DNA of 64,000 nt, from assembly GCF_009914755.1 (NCBI RefSeq), contig NC_060925.1; one strand, 5' to 3'. The stretch comes from the human T2T-CHM13v2.0 reference genome, Homo sapiens. Of this stretch, positions 1-16,905 are shown in pieces (within the stretch, counting starts at the first letter, position 1; every line of letters begins with the position of its first letter). Below the pieces are notes generated by a model. That model saw nothing but the letters and a program-made list of their open reading frames with translations, did no database searches and was not told the origin of the DNA. Made by a program: the position numbers and the translations under genes.

Positions 1-3000
1 CATCTCAGTGGGCTGATAGGTTGTTGATAATAGACAGGGCCTCCTTGAAGAATGTCCCTGAGACAAAGTTGAAGCTTGAGCCTGGTTGAGTCCTTGCTTG
101 TTCCTAGGTTGATATGAACGGCTAGTTAACTGGAAGCAAAGAGAAGTCATCCTGGGGGCCATGGCAGTGACAAGTAGGACTTAGGGAGGGAAGCCCTTAT
201 ACCATTTAAGGTGCTGGCCCAGAGAGGAGCCTTCAGTGACAGACAAACAAGAGCTGGCACAATTTTAATTCACTTCAATTTACTCTAATTCATTTCAATC
301 CAATACAATTCAATGCATTCCATTCATTCAACCATGTATGACATCCAATGTGGGATCCAGACTCATGATGATTAGAGCTGATATTTATGAGCACTTACTA
401 TGTACCAGGCACTATTCTACATGCTTTACATTGAACCCTCACAATAACCCAATGAGGTGGGTACTATTATGATCTTCGTTTTTCATATGAGGAAACTAGG
501 CATATGGATGTTGAGTAATTTGCCCACGGTCGCTCAGCTAGCAATAGCACAGCGTATTTAAATTTAGCCACCCTGGATTTAGTTTCCTTACACTTAACCA
601 TTATGCATCATGGCCCCATTTTACAGTGGGCTTGAGTCTTTGTCATATAACCCAGTAGGTTAGCAGCCACTATTCCAACCCTGTAGATTGACTCTAGGGT
701 CCATGTTCTTTACCCCTGCACCGTGCTACTAACGTAGGTACAAAATGTCCTCAGAAACTCACTTTATACGGAAGCTCAGAGGAGGGTCCACAACCCAGGC
801 AGGGGAGACGATGGTGTCAGGGGAGGGAGGTGACTGCCCAGCCAGGTCTTGAAGGCTCAGTAGGAATTACCTGTGGGACAAAGGAGGGTCATCCAAGTGA
901 GGGCACAGTGGGTGCCATGGCGTGCACACACAATAGAGCAGACTGAGCCTGGGCTTAACATTGCATTGCCCTGGAGCCTAAAAGGGGAAACAAAGGGCCG
1001 GGCGACGTGGCTCACGCCTGTAATCCCGGCACATTGGGAGGCCAAGGCTGGAGAATCACCTGAGGTTAGGAGTTCGAGACCAGCCTGGCCAACATGGCAA
1101 AACCGCATCTCTACTAAAATTATAAAAACTGGCTGGGTGTGGTGGCACACGTCTATAATCCGAGCTACTTGGGAGGCCATTACACTCCAGCCTGGGCGCC
1201 AGAGTGAGACTTCATCTCAAAAAACCAAACAACAAAAACAACAACAAGAACAACAAAAAAACAAAGAGGAGAGCAGGGACTGGGTGTGGTGACTCATGCC
1301 TGTAATCCCAAACACTTTGGGAGACCAAGGCAGGCAGATCACCTGAGGTCAGGAGTTCGAGACCAGCCTGGCCAACATGGTAAAACCCTGTCTCTACTAA
1401 AAATACAAAAATTAGCCGGATGTGGTGGCACGTGCCTGTAGTCCCAGCTGCTTGGGAAGCTGAGGGAGGAGAATTGCTTGAACCCAGGAGGCAGAGGTTG
1501 CTGAGCTGAGAACATGCCACTGCACTCCACCCTGGGTGACAGAGTGGGACTCTGTCTGAAAAAAATAATAGTAATAAATAAAAATAAAGAGGGAAGCAGC
1601 GGGTGGCAGACTCACTGGGCTGCATACGAAGTTTGGCTTCAGTCTGAGGTCCGAATAGTAAACAGCAGCGAGACAAGTTTGGGTTTGGGTCATGGAGGAA
1701 GCCATGCCAGGGCTGGTGTTGGGCACAGGGAAAGGGGCATGGCTTGAGACACCAGACCAGCGTGGAGGCTGTAGTGTAGTATTGACCTGAGGACTTCAAC
1801 ATTCTGATGGTGTACACACGATTTTTTGAGCATGTACCATGGTTATATATTACACTTTAAGTATTACTTTAAGTATTACTACATTAATATATTTTGTATG
1901 TTACAATAAATACATACAAATTAGGAAAATTGAAAGAGATCAAAATGAAATATATAATATTTTCAAATTACTAATCATAATGGTGTCAATCTCCAGGCAG
2001 GGTCCATTGCTACAGTTGACGATAGTGGATGAAAATTCACTCCTCAGAGTCTTCTTGATAATTTGAAATTGTCTTGATTGACTTGTCAGATCTGATTAGA
2101 TCAACATGTTTTAAATCTCGAATGTGACTGACAGCTTGTACGAGGAGAAGTTTCACTCTGCCTTTTCCCTTTTGTTCACTTGACTGCCATTATTTCTATG
2201 CTTCCAATCTGTGTTTTTCTGCACGAGTTGGTTAAGCCATTACTTCATTTTGTGAAAGTTTGTTGAGTTAAACTTAGGTAACTTAATCTGTCAATCCACT
2301 TAATTGAATTCAGTCCTGGTAAACTATAATAGATTATTCAAACCTGCCAATTCTAAAAAGACATTTTGAGACAATCAGGAAATCTGAATATAGCATGAAT
2401 ATCTTACGATATACAAGGATTATTGTTAATTTTGTTAGGTATGATAAAAGCATGGTGGGTTGTTTTTGTTTTTGTTTTTTAAGTCTCCATCTGTTAGAGA
2501 GGCACATTGAAATGGCATGATATCTGGGGTTTGCTTTTATGCCAGAAAAAAGAAAAAGTACAGAAGGATTATAGAAACAAGATTGGTCTCATGTGACAAT
2601 CATCAGAGTTTGGAGATGGGCACGTAGGGTCATCGTGCTGTTCTCTCTGTTTTCGTATATGCTTTAAAAGTTCTGTAATAGTTAATTAAAAAAAAAAAAA
2701 AACACCCTGGCTGAGCATTTAGGGAGGCCAAGTGGGGAGGATCGCTTAAACCAAGGAGTTCAAGACGAGCCTAGGAAACATAGGGAGACCCCCCCCATCT
2801 CTAAAAAAAAAAAAAAAAAAAACTTTAAAATTTAACCCAGTGTGGTGGCACATGCCTATAGTCCCAGCTACTCAGTAGGCTGAGGTGAGAGGCTTGCTTG
2901 AGCCTGGGAGCTTGAGGCTGCAGTGGGACGGGATTGTACCACTTCACTCCAGCATGGGCGACAGAGCAAGACCCTGTCTCAAAAAAAATAAAAATATTTG

Positions 3001-3114
3001 AGGTGAAGCGAGGCTGTAATAACAAATTTAAAAATATAAATAAAACATAAAGGCTGGGTGTAGTGGCTCACGCCTGTAATCCCAGCACTTTGGGAGGCCA
3101 AAGCAGGCAGATCA

Positions 3115-3330
<216 letters not shown>

Positions 3331-3587
3331 CTAAAAAAAAATGAAAATAAAAATAAATGAAACATAAAACCCTGCCATTAGTTGCAATATGAAGAATATA
3401 GAGAAATGCATATCAAATCCTTCTCATTGGACCAATATTCCCTTAGGGCACCTTCCAAAGCTAGGAGACTCAAGGCTGTATGACATCCTGAGCAAGTGAG
3501 GGGTGGCTTCTGGGTGAATCTGAATATTAAATATTTGCAGAATTGAAAACTTCACAAAGTACCTTTAGAGATAGAATAGCCTAGATC

Positions 3588-3770
3588 CATGTTTCTCAAA
3601 GTGTGGTCCCCAGACCTGCTGCCTCAGCATCTCCTGGAAATTTAGTAGAAATGCAGATTCTCAGGCCCTAGGCCAGACCTACTGATCAGAAGCTCTGGGC
3701 CTGGGGCCCAGCAGTCTGTGTTTTCACAAGCCCTCTTGGTGATTCTTCTGTGCATGAAAGTTCGAGAATT
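3588..3770. mobile_element. MER5A-like hAT DNA transposon fragment
   Basis: tttctcaaagtgtggtccccagacc...agaaatgcagattctcaggccc...ttttcacaagccctc. Confidence 0.7.
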
Positions 3771-3924
3771 CCTGGAGCTAGACTGATTCAAATCTTGCCT
3801 CTGTATCTTAGAGACCTTGGGCAGATTAGTCAACCTCTTTCTGCCTCTGTTTCTACTTCTGTCAGAGGATGATAGTACTTGTTTCATTAAGTTGTTGAAA
3901 GGATAAATGAATTGACACACATAA

Positions 3925-4119
<195 letters not shown>

Positions 4120-4632
4120 TAGTAGAGATGGGGTTTCTCCATGTTGGTGAGGCTGGTCTCGAACTCCCAACCTCAGGTGATGCACCCGCCTTGGCCTCCC
4201 AAAGTGCTGGGATTACAGGCGTGAGCCACCGCGCCTGGCCCAAAAGCTTTAATTTCTTAATTTTTTAAATAAAATAAATAAAACTAGAATTGCTTGTTTT
4301 CTTCCAGCTACCCTGGTGATTGTATTGAGCATTTTCTGGGGTGTGTGTTCTTTGCTGTAATGACTACTGGTCTGGATGACCTGTGATGAGACCAGATGGG
4401 CAGGGGCAGTGGAGGAGATTCTAGAGATATTTAGGAGATAAGTCAGCTGTACTTGATGAAAAGAGTGGGGAGTTAAGGCTGGCTGCAGATGTATGATTTG
4501 GCATAGAGAGGTGCCAGTTCCTGAGATGAGAGACAGAAGGGGAGGGACAGGTTGTGAGGATGAATGAACAATGATATGTTCATTCTGGGCTTGGAGTTAA
4601 GGGGCCTATGATATGCTTAGGGGAAGCAGAGA

Positions 4633-5030
4633 GTATCAATTACCTATTGCTGCATAACAGCCACCCCAAACTTAGTGGCTTAAAATAGTAACCTTTTAAT
4701 TTACTCATGATCATGATTCTGTGGTGCAACAACTGGGCTGGGTTCAGCTGGGCAGTTCTTCTGTTAGTTTCACCCAGGGTCATTCATGCATCTGCAGTTT
4801 GGGGTGGGATGGCCTCAGATGACCTCATTCACGTGTTTGGCAGTTGGTGATTCACTGGGGGCCATTACTGTAACAATCGCCTACCAGGCAGAGCTTCCCT
4901 AAGGCTTCCAAACTAGGAGACTATCCTGGGTCCTGTGCTGTGGATACCACTCAGTCCCCCATCCCCACCCCATATTCCTCAAAGGCAGAGAGAGGGGCTA
5001 CTAGAAGACAGAGGAGTTTTCCCAGTGACA
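4633..5030 (-). mobile_element. Old MLT1-family (MaLR) LTR
   Basis: ctattgctgcataaca...ccccaaacttagtggcttaaaa...ctgggctgggttcagctgggcagttctt. Bounds are approximate. Confidence 0.6.
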
Positions 5031-5934
5031 TGTAAACACTCCAAACCCTGGCACCTTCCACACTGCAGCTTTGGTCTGCCCCTTTGGGAAATCTCTGTTT
5101 TTCTTCCCAGGCTGCTGGAGGGGTGAGAGTCGCCGGTAGAGTAGAGGCTGTGGGCGAGGAGGTGGCGGCCTCCTGAGGCTGCAGTGGTCTTTCCAGGCAG
5201 CAGTGGGAGCACAGGGTGGAGGTCAACCCTAGAGCCTGGGAGAGTGAAGCTGGGTGTGACTTCAGAGCTGTTGGTGCTGAAGTTTCTGCAGGCCAGAAGG
5301 AGGGGCAAGAGTGGGAGGGGGCGCAGATCCAGAATCACGGAGGCAGCTGACCGGAGGAGGCAGCTGCCCAAGGGGATGGACTCAGAAGGCCAAAGTGCTG
5401 TTATCCAAACGAACTCTTTGCAAGTGGTCTCTTTGCAACAGGCCTGGGGGAGAGCAGTCTTGCCTAAAGTCACACCGCTAATCAGCGGCCGGCACGGGGT
5501 AACAGTTACTAACACTCACTACGTACCCAATGCTGGGCGAAGTGACTTGCATGAGCCAGCGAGCTCAATGCTCATGGCAATCCTCTGAGCAGCTGGCATT
5601 GTTTCATCTCAATTTTACAGCTCAGGAAGCTGGGACACAGAGGAAGAGCCAGGCTCTGAACACTGACAACCTGATTGAGAGACCCACACTGTTCATCACC
5701 GTTACGCTATATATGCTGTATAGAAAGGCAGGATGGCATAATGGTTAAACCTAGGTAGGTAGGGTTTGAATCCTCCTGCTACCATTTACTAGCTCTGTGA
5801 CTTGGACTAGTTATAGCACCTCTCTGTGCCTCCCTTTCCCCATCTCTAAAATGGGGATAATAAATCGTACCTCCTACCTGAGGCTGTTGTGGGCTAAGTC
5901 TGTAAGGCACGTAGAACAGTGCCTGGAACGTGGG

Positions 5935-6270
5935 GTACTATCTATCTGTGTGCCTGCTGTTACAACAATGGTGAGTATTGCCTTATCTCTCGCTGCTGAA
6001 CTACCAGGTTAGACTTCTTTCTGCAAGTCATGAGGCTTTCATAAACTTTTCCTGAAGGCTTTCCGTAGAATGTACAATTCCCCTCTGGGTCCAGGCATGG
6101 GCGCCCGGGTAGCACATCCACTTCTTATCACCCCTGAACACCTTAGAGCCCATCAGCTTATCAAACCAGCAGCTGATGTGAGTGCAGAGCAGACTGTGAG
6201 AGGTGGAGGCTGATACCAGTGAGGATGCTCCAAGCTGGGACCCAGCCCTGAAGCGGGAGCCCAGATAATG
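5935..6270. promoter_or_regulatory. Candidate erythroid enhancer in intron 1 (GATA cluster with E-box)
   Basis: WGATAA sites at 5983-5988, 6125-6130, 6158-6163 (all minus) and 6263-6268 (+). CAGCTG at 6170-6175 lies 6 nt from the 6158 GATA site. Confidence 0.45.
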
Positions 6271-6540
6271 GATGGGTGGAAATGGGCCTGGAGCCCAGGA
6301 GAAGTGGGAGGATGAGGGGGCAGGGGGAGGAGAAGCCTGAAATCAAATGTTATTTCCTGACCAGTTTGGGGTGCATGAGCTCTGTCAACAGCTCATGGAA
6401 ACTGCTGCCCTAATTTCATCTTGTTGGCTGAGGCACAATTCCTCTCTCAGGGACAGTGTAGAGCCTTGGGGAGGAAGGCCCTGAGCGCGTATACCTGGAA
6501 TCAGGGAATCGGGATCAGGGGCAGCAGCTGTGCCCAATAA

Positions 6541-6809
<269 letters not shown>

Positions 6810-8281
6810 TGATCTGCCCACCTCAGCCTCCCAAAGTGCTAGGATTACAGACATAAGCCACTGTGCCTGGCCTTTTTTTTTTTTTTTTTTGTAAACAGGG
6901 TCTCCCTCTGTCACCCAGGCTGCTGGAGTGTAGTGGTGTGACCGCAGCTCACTGCAGCCTTAACCTTCTAGGCACAAGCCATCCTCCTACCTCACCCTCC
7001 TGAGTAGCTGGGACTACAGGCACTCGCCACCACGCCCAAGTAATTTTGTATTTTTTGTAGAGACAAGGTCTTGCTATGTTGCCTAGGCTGGTCTTGAACT
7101 CCTCAGCTCAAGCAATCCTCCCTCCTTGGCCTCCCAAAGTGCTGGGATTGTGCTGGGATTACAGGTGTGAGCCACCATACCTGGTCTGACTTCCTAATCT
7201 TTAGGGCCCCAACTCTGCCCTTATCCAGGCAACTCTCCTCTCCCCATCTTCCACTAACTTCTTTGGAATATTCCAGAGCTGTAAAAGCCTTAGAGAGTAT
7301 CAAGTCCAACTCCTATGTGTTACAGACAGGGAAACTGAGGCCTAAAGAGGGTAATGGACTTGCCTAAGATCACTTAGTGAGGTGAGAGAAGAAAGAGCTA
7401 GAGACAGCCTAGCCTGTGCAAGGACATAGTTCCAGGCATTCAGAGCTGGGCTCTGCTGCCGGCATGTTTGGGGCCTGGTAGTTAGTTCACTGCTGAACTA
7501 CCAGGTTAGATTTTCTTTCTCCAAGTTGTGGAGCTTTCATAAACTTTTCCTGAAGGTCTTCCTTACAATGTACAATTCTCCTCTGGGCCCGGTCATGAGC
7601 GCCCCTCACAGGCTCTCTCTGGTCCCCTTCTGTAAAATGAGAGGAAAATGGAAGAATTGCTCTACTCATGGAATCTTCAATAAGTCTGGGCCCTATGCAT
7701 ATAGCATTGCTACAAAATGGCAGATGCACTTTAACAATCGTGTTTAATAAAAGGTTGGATTTGCATATCTGAAGTGGGGCATGCAGTCTCCAACTGAACA
7801 CAAGCCTCACTGCTCCCGCATGTGCACTGCACCTTCATATACATATTTCCTGCTTGGCTCCTGAGGGAATTTGAGTAATCCCAAGAGGAACCCCTGTAGA
7901 AAATGTCCCCTGGCCACACACCCCCATTCCTAAGGATGCAAGCAGGAGATAGAAACATTCCCTGCACCTCCCTCCTTGTTGTCAGAAGAAGTGCAAAGAG
8001 TTGAATCCTTCCTAATGCCCACTTCTCACCCACGCCCCAAATCCCCAGGTCCCATGGAGGTCCTTGGGGGCCTCCTATATCCTGGTGGTGTCAGGTTGAT
8101 TTGGAAATGTCAGTGTCCTCCCTTGTCCTCTCTGGCAGACCCTGGGTATGTGTATGTTTCAATGGAAGTGAATTTAAATGTACTTTATAAATCAAAGACT
8201 TTTTCTGAGACTTTGGAGAGTTCCAGTAATGAGAGCTTCTCATTGTTATCAAGGCCAGGGCTGGAGACCAGTGGCAGGTGA

Positions 8282-8734
<453 letters not shown>

Positions 8735-8864
8735 TGATCTGCCCACCTCATCCTCCTAAATTGGTATCTTTATATGTCCAAAAGAGTCAACTGGTGGCAA
8801 TTTAGTGAGGTTTAATCTAATAGGAAATGATAGAGCTGGGATCGAACAGAGCCATGTGAACTCA

Positions 8865-9173
<309 letters not shown>

Positions 9174-9494
9174 CTACATGCTGGTTGCAGAAAATTTAAA
9201 CACTAAAACTAAAAAAGTAAAACACCTCCCAAACTTAGAGACAATATTAATGACGGAAAAAAAATTCTTCAAGATCTCTCTCTCTCCAGTCATTTATTCA
9301 TGTGCGAAAACAGTTGGTGATTATTGATAAAATAGCTTTTAGAGTTTGGAGCAATTATGTGCATTACATATACCATTTGATTCTGGCAACCTAATGAAGG
9401 AGTATGATCATTTCCCCTATTTAACAGACAAGAACAAGAAGAGGGAGGGCAGATGGTGTGGTAGTCTAAGGCACAGGCTCCAGCAGATTATCTA

Positions 9495-9836
<342 letters not shown>

Positions 9837-10837
9837 TTACGTAACGCCTCTGTGCCTTGGTTTTCATATCTGTAAAATGGTGACAGTAACAGCACCCACG
9901 TCAAAGTGTGGTTGTGAGAACGAAACAAGATAGTCTATGTAAAGTGATTAAAACAGCGTAGGCACATGGTAAACGCTTAGGAAATGTAGGCTGTTATAAA
10001 GCTCAGAGATGTTAAGTAACTAGATCAAGATCACACAGTTAGAGGGTGCCAGAGTCCTGATTTGAACCCAAGTTTGTCTCGTTCTGGAGCTCAAGCTGCT
10101 AACCCTTTTTCAAAACTGGAATTAAACCAAAGTGCTCACCCTCCGCTTTGCTGGGCCCCTCCCTGCCCTCAGGTGCGTCTCTTCCACTCACCTGCCACAG
10201 CAGCCTCTGCTCAGGGTCTGAGACCGGGAAAGGTGAGGGCTACCCAGGTGGCCCTGATGTTTTCTGCCAGCCAGCTCACCAGGTCCCTCGCAGCAGGCGG
10301 CAAAGGGAGGGAGGTTTGCTGTGAAGATTATGTGGTTCCCAACAACAAGAGCGCTGGGCCTATCTCTGCCCTCTCTTTTCTGTGTGTCCTGGGACAAGTC
10401 ACTTGGCTTCTGTGGCTTCATTTTCTCATGTGCCCAGCCAGGGGGTTGGCCCTCATATGCAATAACAGCAGCAATGACCTTTACTGAGTGTCCATGTGCG
10501 TCAAGCACGTGTGCTTTACACTTGTTCTTATTATTAGGTTTAATAATAGAATAATTGCCACATTTACTGAGCACTCATTATGGGCCAGGCCCTGCCCTAA
10601 GTGCTTAATTAGCTTTAGCTCCTCTAATCCTTATCTTATCCCCACACGGCATGTTATGTTATCCCCATTATTCAGTTGAGAACATTGAGGCTCAAAGAGG
10701 CAAAGTAACTTGACCAAATACTTGTAAACGATCTTGCATGCCCCTTCCAGCTGCCATTTAGTAAGACTCTAATTTCATACCACCCTAAATCTCGTCTGCT
10801 TCCCCCTCCTCCTTCTCGCCATCTCCCCACCGAGCAG

Positions 10838-11024
10838 TTGGCCAAGATCTGACCGTGATGGCGGCCATTGGCTTGGGCTTCCTCACCTCGAGTTTCCGGA
10901 GACACAGCTGGAGCAGTGTGGCCTTCAACCTCTTCATGCTGGCGCTTGGTGTGCAGTGGGCAATCCTGCTGGACGGCTTCCTGAGCCAGTTCCCTTCTGG
11001 GAAGGTGGTCATCACACTGTTCAG
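10838..11024 (+). CDS. RHD: RHD exon 2 (187 nt, c.149-335)
   Basis: cgagcag|TTGGCC...TTCAG|gtattg. Encodes [61 protein letters not shown] with Ile60, Ser68 and Ser103 (D/C type). Confidence 0.98.
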
Positions 11025-11399
11025 GTATTGGGATGGTGGCTGGATCACTTCTGGGTCATAGAGGGAATGGACCCCGAAAGGACAGGTTCCAGAAGATCTG
11101 GGATATTGCCCCCTCTCTGTCTAGCACCAGTGCTGTGCAATATTTAGGACATCCTTATACTAAAAGATTATTCATTGTTTAAAATTCAAATTAACTGGGC
11201 ATCCTGTATTTTACTGGACAGCCCTACTCCGTGTATCACAAGGAATCCAGGCCTACATTCCTCCTGCATCCTTTCTTTCCTGTTATTGTCGATTATGATT
11301 TTGTAAAGTTACATAATCAATATAAGTTTATGGAAAACGTAAGAAGGAAACACGTTAGACAGAGAGAAATAGACATGCCACACCTAGAGAGACATTCTA

Positions 11400-11699
<300 letters not shown>

Positions 11700-12471
11700 G
11701 AGAGACATTCTCTTGAAAAGAAAGGACTTTCAGCCCCCTAATGCTGCTAGACAATAAATAGCCATGCCTTTATTTTCATTAAATTACCTGTGCTTTGTTT
11801 ACATGCATTTGTGTGAAATGCTAAGAACCATCACAACTAATGTATGGTGCCAGAAGTCAGAATAGTTGTTACCTGGGCAGGAGGTGGATATTGATTAGGA
11901 AGGAACACAAAATAACCGCATGGGGTGCAGAAAATGTTCTCTATGTTCACCTGGGTGATGATTACACATCAAGCTATACACGTTTTAAAAGGGCATTGGC
12001 ACTTAATAGGAGGAAGTAGGCTAAATTTTTTCCTGAAACATTGTTTTGTTTTGTTCAAACCTCTGAATCCCTGTGCTGCCCAGATGATGGTAAACGTCAT
12101 CCTAGGCATCTTAGGGACCTCTCAAGGCCATTCCAGCCTCCCCTTCTAAGACCCTGCTAAACCTCTGGGCACTGCTGTTAAACATTTCTCTATGAGCCAG
12201 GAACTGTGCTGAGCACTCCACAAATATTATTTTGTTTAACTCTTCCGGGTAGGGATCTAACCTGGTATACAGGTAAGGAAGTGGAAGCTCAGAGAGGGCA
12301 AGGCACTTGCCTAGGGCCACACAGCTAAGTGGTGGAGATGGCTCCAACTTTTTATTATAACCTTTTCCACATGCTCCAGAGTGCTCAGAACATGAAACAC
12401 AGTCTAGCCAGCTCCCGATTGGCCCTGGAGGGAAAAAACTTTATATATTTTTCTTTTTTAAAAGGTTTAGA

Positions 12472-13389
<918 letters not shown>

Positions 13390-13984
13390 TTAATTCCCAC
13401 CAGAATTCAATACACACACGCACACATGCACGCATACACACACTGTGTCCACCTGGGAAGTGACAAAGGGCACCCTGGGGGATTTCAAATGGTGGTGGCC
13501 CTGGTTTGGTGTTGCTGCCTTAGCTTAAGGTCACACCAGCCTTCAGCCTCCTGCCCCACAGTCTAGGGCTGCTCCCCTCATCTGATGTCCACAGGGACCT
13601 GTTTGTTCTTGACTCAATCTAGAAAGACGAGAAGGGAGAGAAGTCACTCGCAGCCTGAGTGAACTCCCCTGCCCCACCCCTGACTGCTTGGATCCCCCTA
13701 GGGGTGACCCCTGCTGAAACTGGCTCCTTCCTGACCGGTTCCCGTCAGGGCTGTGCTGATGGGTGGTGCCCAGGCCTGCCCCTGGGGACGGGGTACTCTC
13801 CCTTGGCAACACTCCAGCTTGTGCCACTTGACTTGGGACTGATTTGGTTCTGTTTTGAGTCCCTTCAGGGGAGGGGCCTATCTTATTCAACGTTGTTGTT
13901 TGTTTTCCTCACATACTGATAACTTAGCAAATGGCTATTGGAGCAAAAATGAAAATAAACGGAACTCTGAAGTGGGATGTTTTA

Positions 13985-14745
13985 AAATTTTATTTATTTT
14001 TTTAGAGACAGGGTCTTGCTCTGTTGCCCAGTCTGGAGTGCAGTGGTACAATCATAGCTCATTGCAGCCTGTGCCTCCTGGGCTCAAGTGATCCTCCCAC
14101 CTCAGCCTCCTGAGTTAAATTTTTTTACAGGCGCCTGCTACCATGCCCTGCTAATTTTTGTATTTTTAGTAGACAAGGGGTTTCACCAGGTGGGTCAGGT
14201 TGGTCTGGAACTCCCGACCTCAAGTGATCCACCTGCCTAGGCCTCCCAAAGTACTGGGATTACAGGCGTGAGCCACTGTGTCCAGCCTAAAACTGTTTTT
14301 GAGACAGGGTCTCACTCTGTTGTCCAGGCTGGAGTGAAGTGGCATGTTCATGGCTCACTCAGCCTCAACCTCACTGGGTTCAGGTGATCCTCCTGCCTCA
14401 GCCTCCCAAGTAGCTGGGACTGTGGGTGCACACCACCACGCCTAGCTGATTTTTCTATTTTCTGCAGAGACAGGACCTCACTGTGTTGCTCAGGCTGGTC
14501 TCAAACTCCTGGGCTCAAGTGATCTGCCCACCTCGGCTCTGAAAAGTACTGGAATTACAGCCTCCTGAGTAGCTGAGACCACAGGCACACACCACCACAC
14601 CTAGCTTTTTTTTTTTTTGCTTTTTGTAGAGATGGAGTCTCACTATGTTGCCCAGGCTGGTCTCAAACTCCAGGCCTTAAGCAATCCTCCCACCTCAGCC
14701 TCCCAAAGTGCGAAGATTACAGGTGTGAGCCACCATTCCTGGCCT
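13985..14745 (-). repeat. AluJ-like host interrupted by an inverted copy (14116-14557) of the upstream Alu cluster
   Basis: The host resumes after a duplicated CAGCCTCCTGAGT (14103-14115 and 14558-14570). The insert is the reverse complement of 12494-12769 plus 13078-13238. Confidence 0.85.
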
Positions 14746-16819
14746 TAAAAGTGTGATATTTTTAATGTATTTTGAAATCTGCAGGACTCTCCCTAGAAGA
14801 TAATAGCAATAACCAACTCCTTTATTGTGCTTGACGTATATCAACTCACTTTGCCCTTACCGTGGCTCCAGAGGCATTGGGTCCACCTTATAAATGGAGG
14901 CACCAAGGCACAGAGTGATTAAATAAATTGCCCAGGATCACACAGCCAGAAAGTGTCTGAGTCAAGATTCCAGCCCAGGCAGCCTAGACCTGAGAGCACG
15001 CTCCTAACCACTGCACATCACTGTCTTAGCACCTCCTCAGCACAAACTGGCCCTTGAGGAATGAAATACCGCCGCCGGCACACACGCTCCTGAGTTAAGC
15101 CTTTGTCAATGAAATGAACACCCACTTAAAAGGAATAACCTGTCCAGGCACGATGGAACATTGAGTAACCCCTTATTCTAAATTCCTGGTCCCTGTAAGA
15201 CTCCTTCCCCATGCCCTTGCCCTTTTCTGACCTTCCCCTAAAGTCCTTGAGGCTTAAGCGGGCATAGTCTGCAGCAAACACTGGGGAAGCTGAGTCCAGA
15301 CTTCAGAGCACAGGCTTTGGATCTAGGCCAGCTGGATTTGAACCTCACATTTGTGATCAGCTGGCATGACTGTTTCCAAAAAGTCCATTTTAATCCTCTA
15401 CGTGACCCTCTGTAAAATGGGATACTGAATGGTGAGCTAGCACGATTTTACAGAGAGTGAATTTTTTTTGTGTGTGTGTGAGGCAGTCTTACTCTGTTGC
15501 CCAGGCTGGAGTGCAGTGGTGCAGTCTCGGCCCACTGAAACCTCTGCCTCCCGGGTTCAAGCGACTGCCATGCCTCAGCCTCGAGAGTGGCTGGGATTAC
15601 AAGCATGCACCACCATGCCCGGGTAATTTTTGTATTTTTAGTTGAGACAGAGTTTCACCATGTTGGCCAGGCCACTCTTGAACCCCTGGCCTCAAGTGAT
15701 CCACCTGCCTTGGCCTCCCAAAGTGCTGGGAGTACAGGCATGAGCCACTGCACCCAGCCTTATAGGGTTAAAATTTAAAAGAGGTGATGCTGTTACAAGC
15801 CTGTTTTACAAAATGCTCTTATAATAAATCATTATCATCACTGTTGCTGTGGTTGTAGCATCATCATCATTAACTCCCAGAGGGAGGAGGGAGTCTCAGA
15901 GCAAGCTGCTCAGGGGAGACTGGATGTCCATGGATTGTCCAGCTCAGTACCACTTCCTCCAGGAAGTCCTCCCTGATAAGTCCAGTCAGCATCACCCTCT
16001 CCTTCCAATGAACCCCACTAGCCTTGTGATATCACAGATATTCTTAGTTGACAGGCTCATGGTGTAGCCTGTCTAGATCATAAGTACATTTTTTTTTTTT
16101 TTGGATCATAAGTATCTTCAAGACCAAAATAATTTTCTACTCCTGAGCATGCTCATTGGTCAAAGGAAGGAAGGAATCATAATAGCGTTAATAAGGCTAG
16201 CGTCTTTTCAGAAGTTGGTTCTTTGTGCCAGTCTTGGTGCTAGACACACCGATAGGAAGAATACTCCTTCACATCCCCAGGACACCAACATGGGATACGT
16301 TTGATCATCATTCTTAATTTGCAGAAGGAGAAATAGGCTCAGTGAGATGAAATAGCCACTCCAGTGGCAAGGCTGGGACTGGAAGCCGGGCTTGTCCTGA
16401 TTCCAAATCCAGTTTCTTTCCACTGCCACGGAGACGGAGAGAAGGGACAGTGGCCCCAGATGGGGATGGGGTGACTGGATGTGGGCAGGCCTGCGGGGGA
16501 AGAGTGCCCTCTGTTGAGCATCCGAATGATGGCAGCAGAAAAGAAGACTGGGCAGAATCCCAGTTATCAGATCCCCTGAGGGAACAGTCACCCCGATCAC
16601 CCTCAGTCAGATGAGTGTGTGTAGATCAATGCCTCATAGATGAAGGCACTGAGGCACAGAGTGGTTAAGTCATCTGCCAGACCACATGGCTCAGGGTGCA
16701 GAGGCCACCTTAACGGGAGAAGAGATGGTCACTCCACTCTGCAGCATCAGCGCCCAGGTGGGTAGAAATCTTGTCTTCTATTCCCACAGAAAGTAGGTGC
16801 CCAACAGTGTTTGTTGAAA

Positions 16820-16851
16820 GAATGAATGAATGAATGAATGAATGAATGAAT
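16820..16851 (+). repeat. (GAAT)8 microsatellite upstream of exon 3
   Basis: Direct reading. Confidence 0.95.
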
Positions 16852-16905
16852 GAGTGAGAGGCATCCTTCCTTCTCAGTCGTCCTGGCTCTCCCTCTCTCC
16901 CCCAG

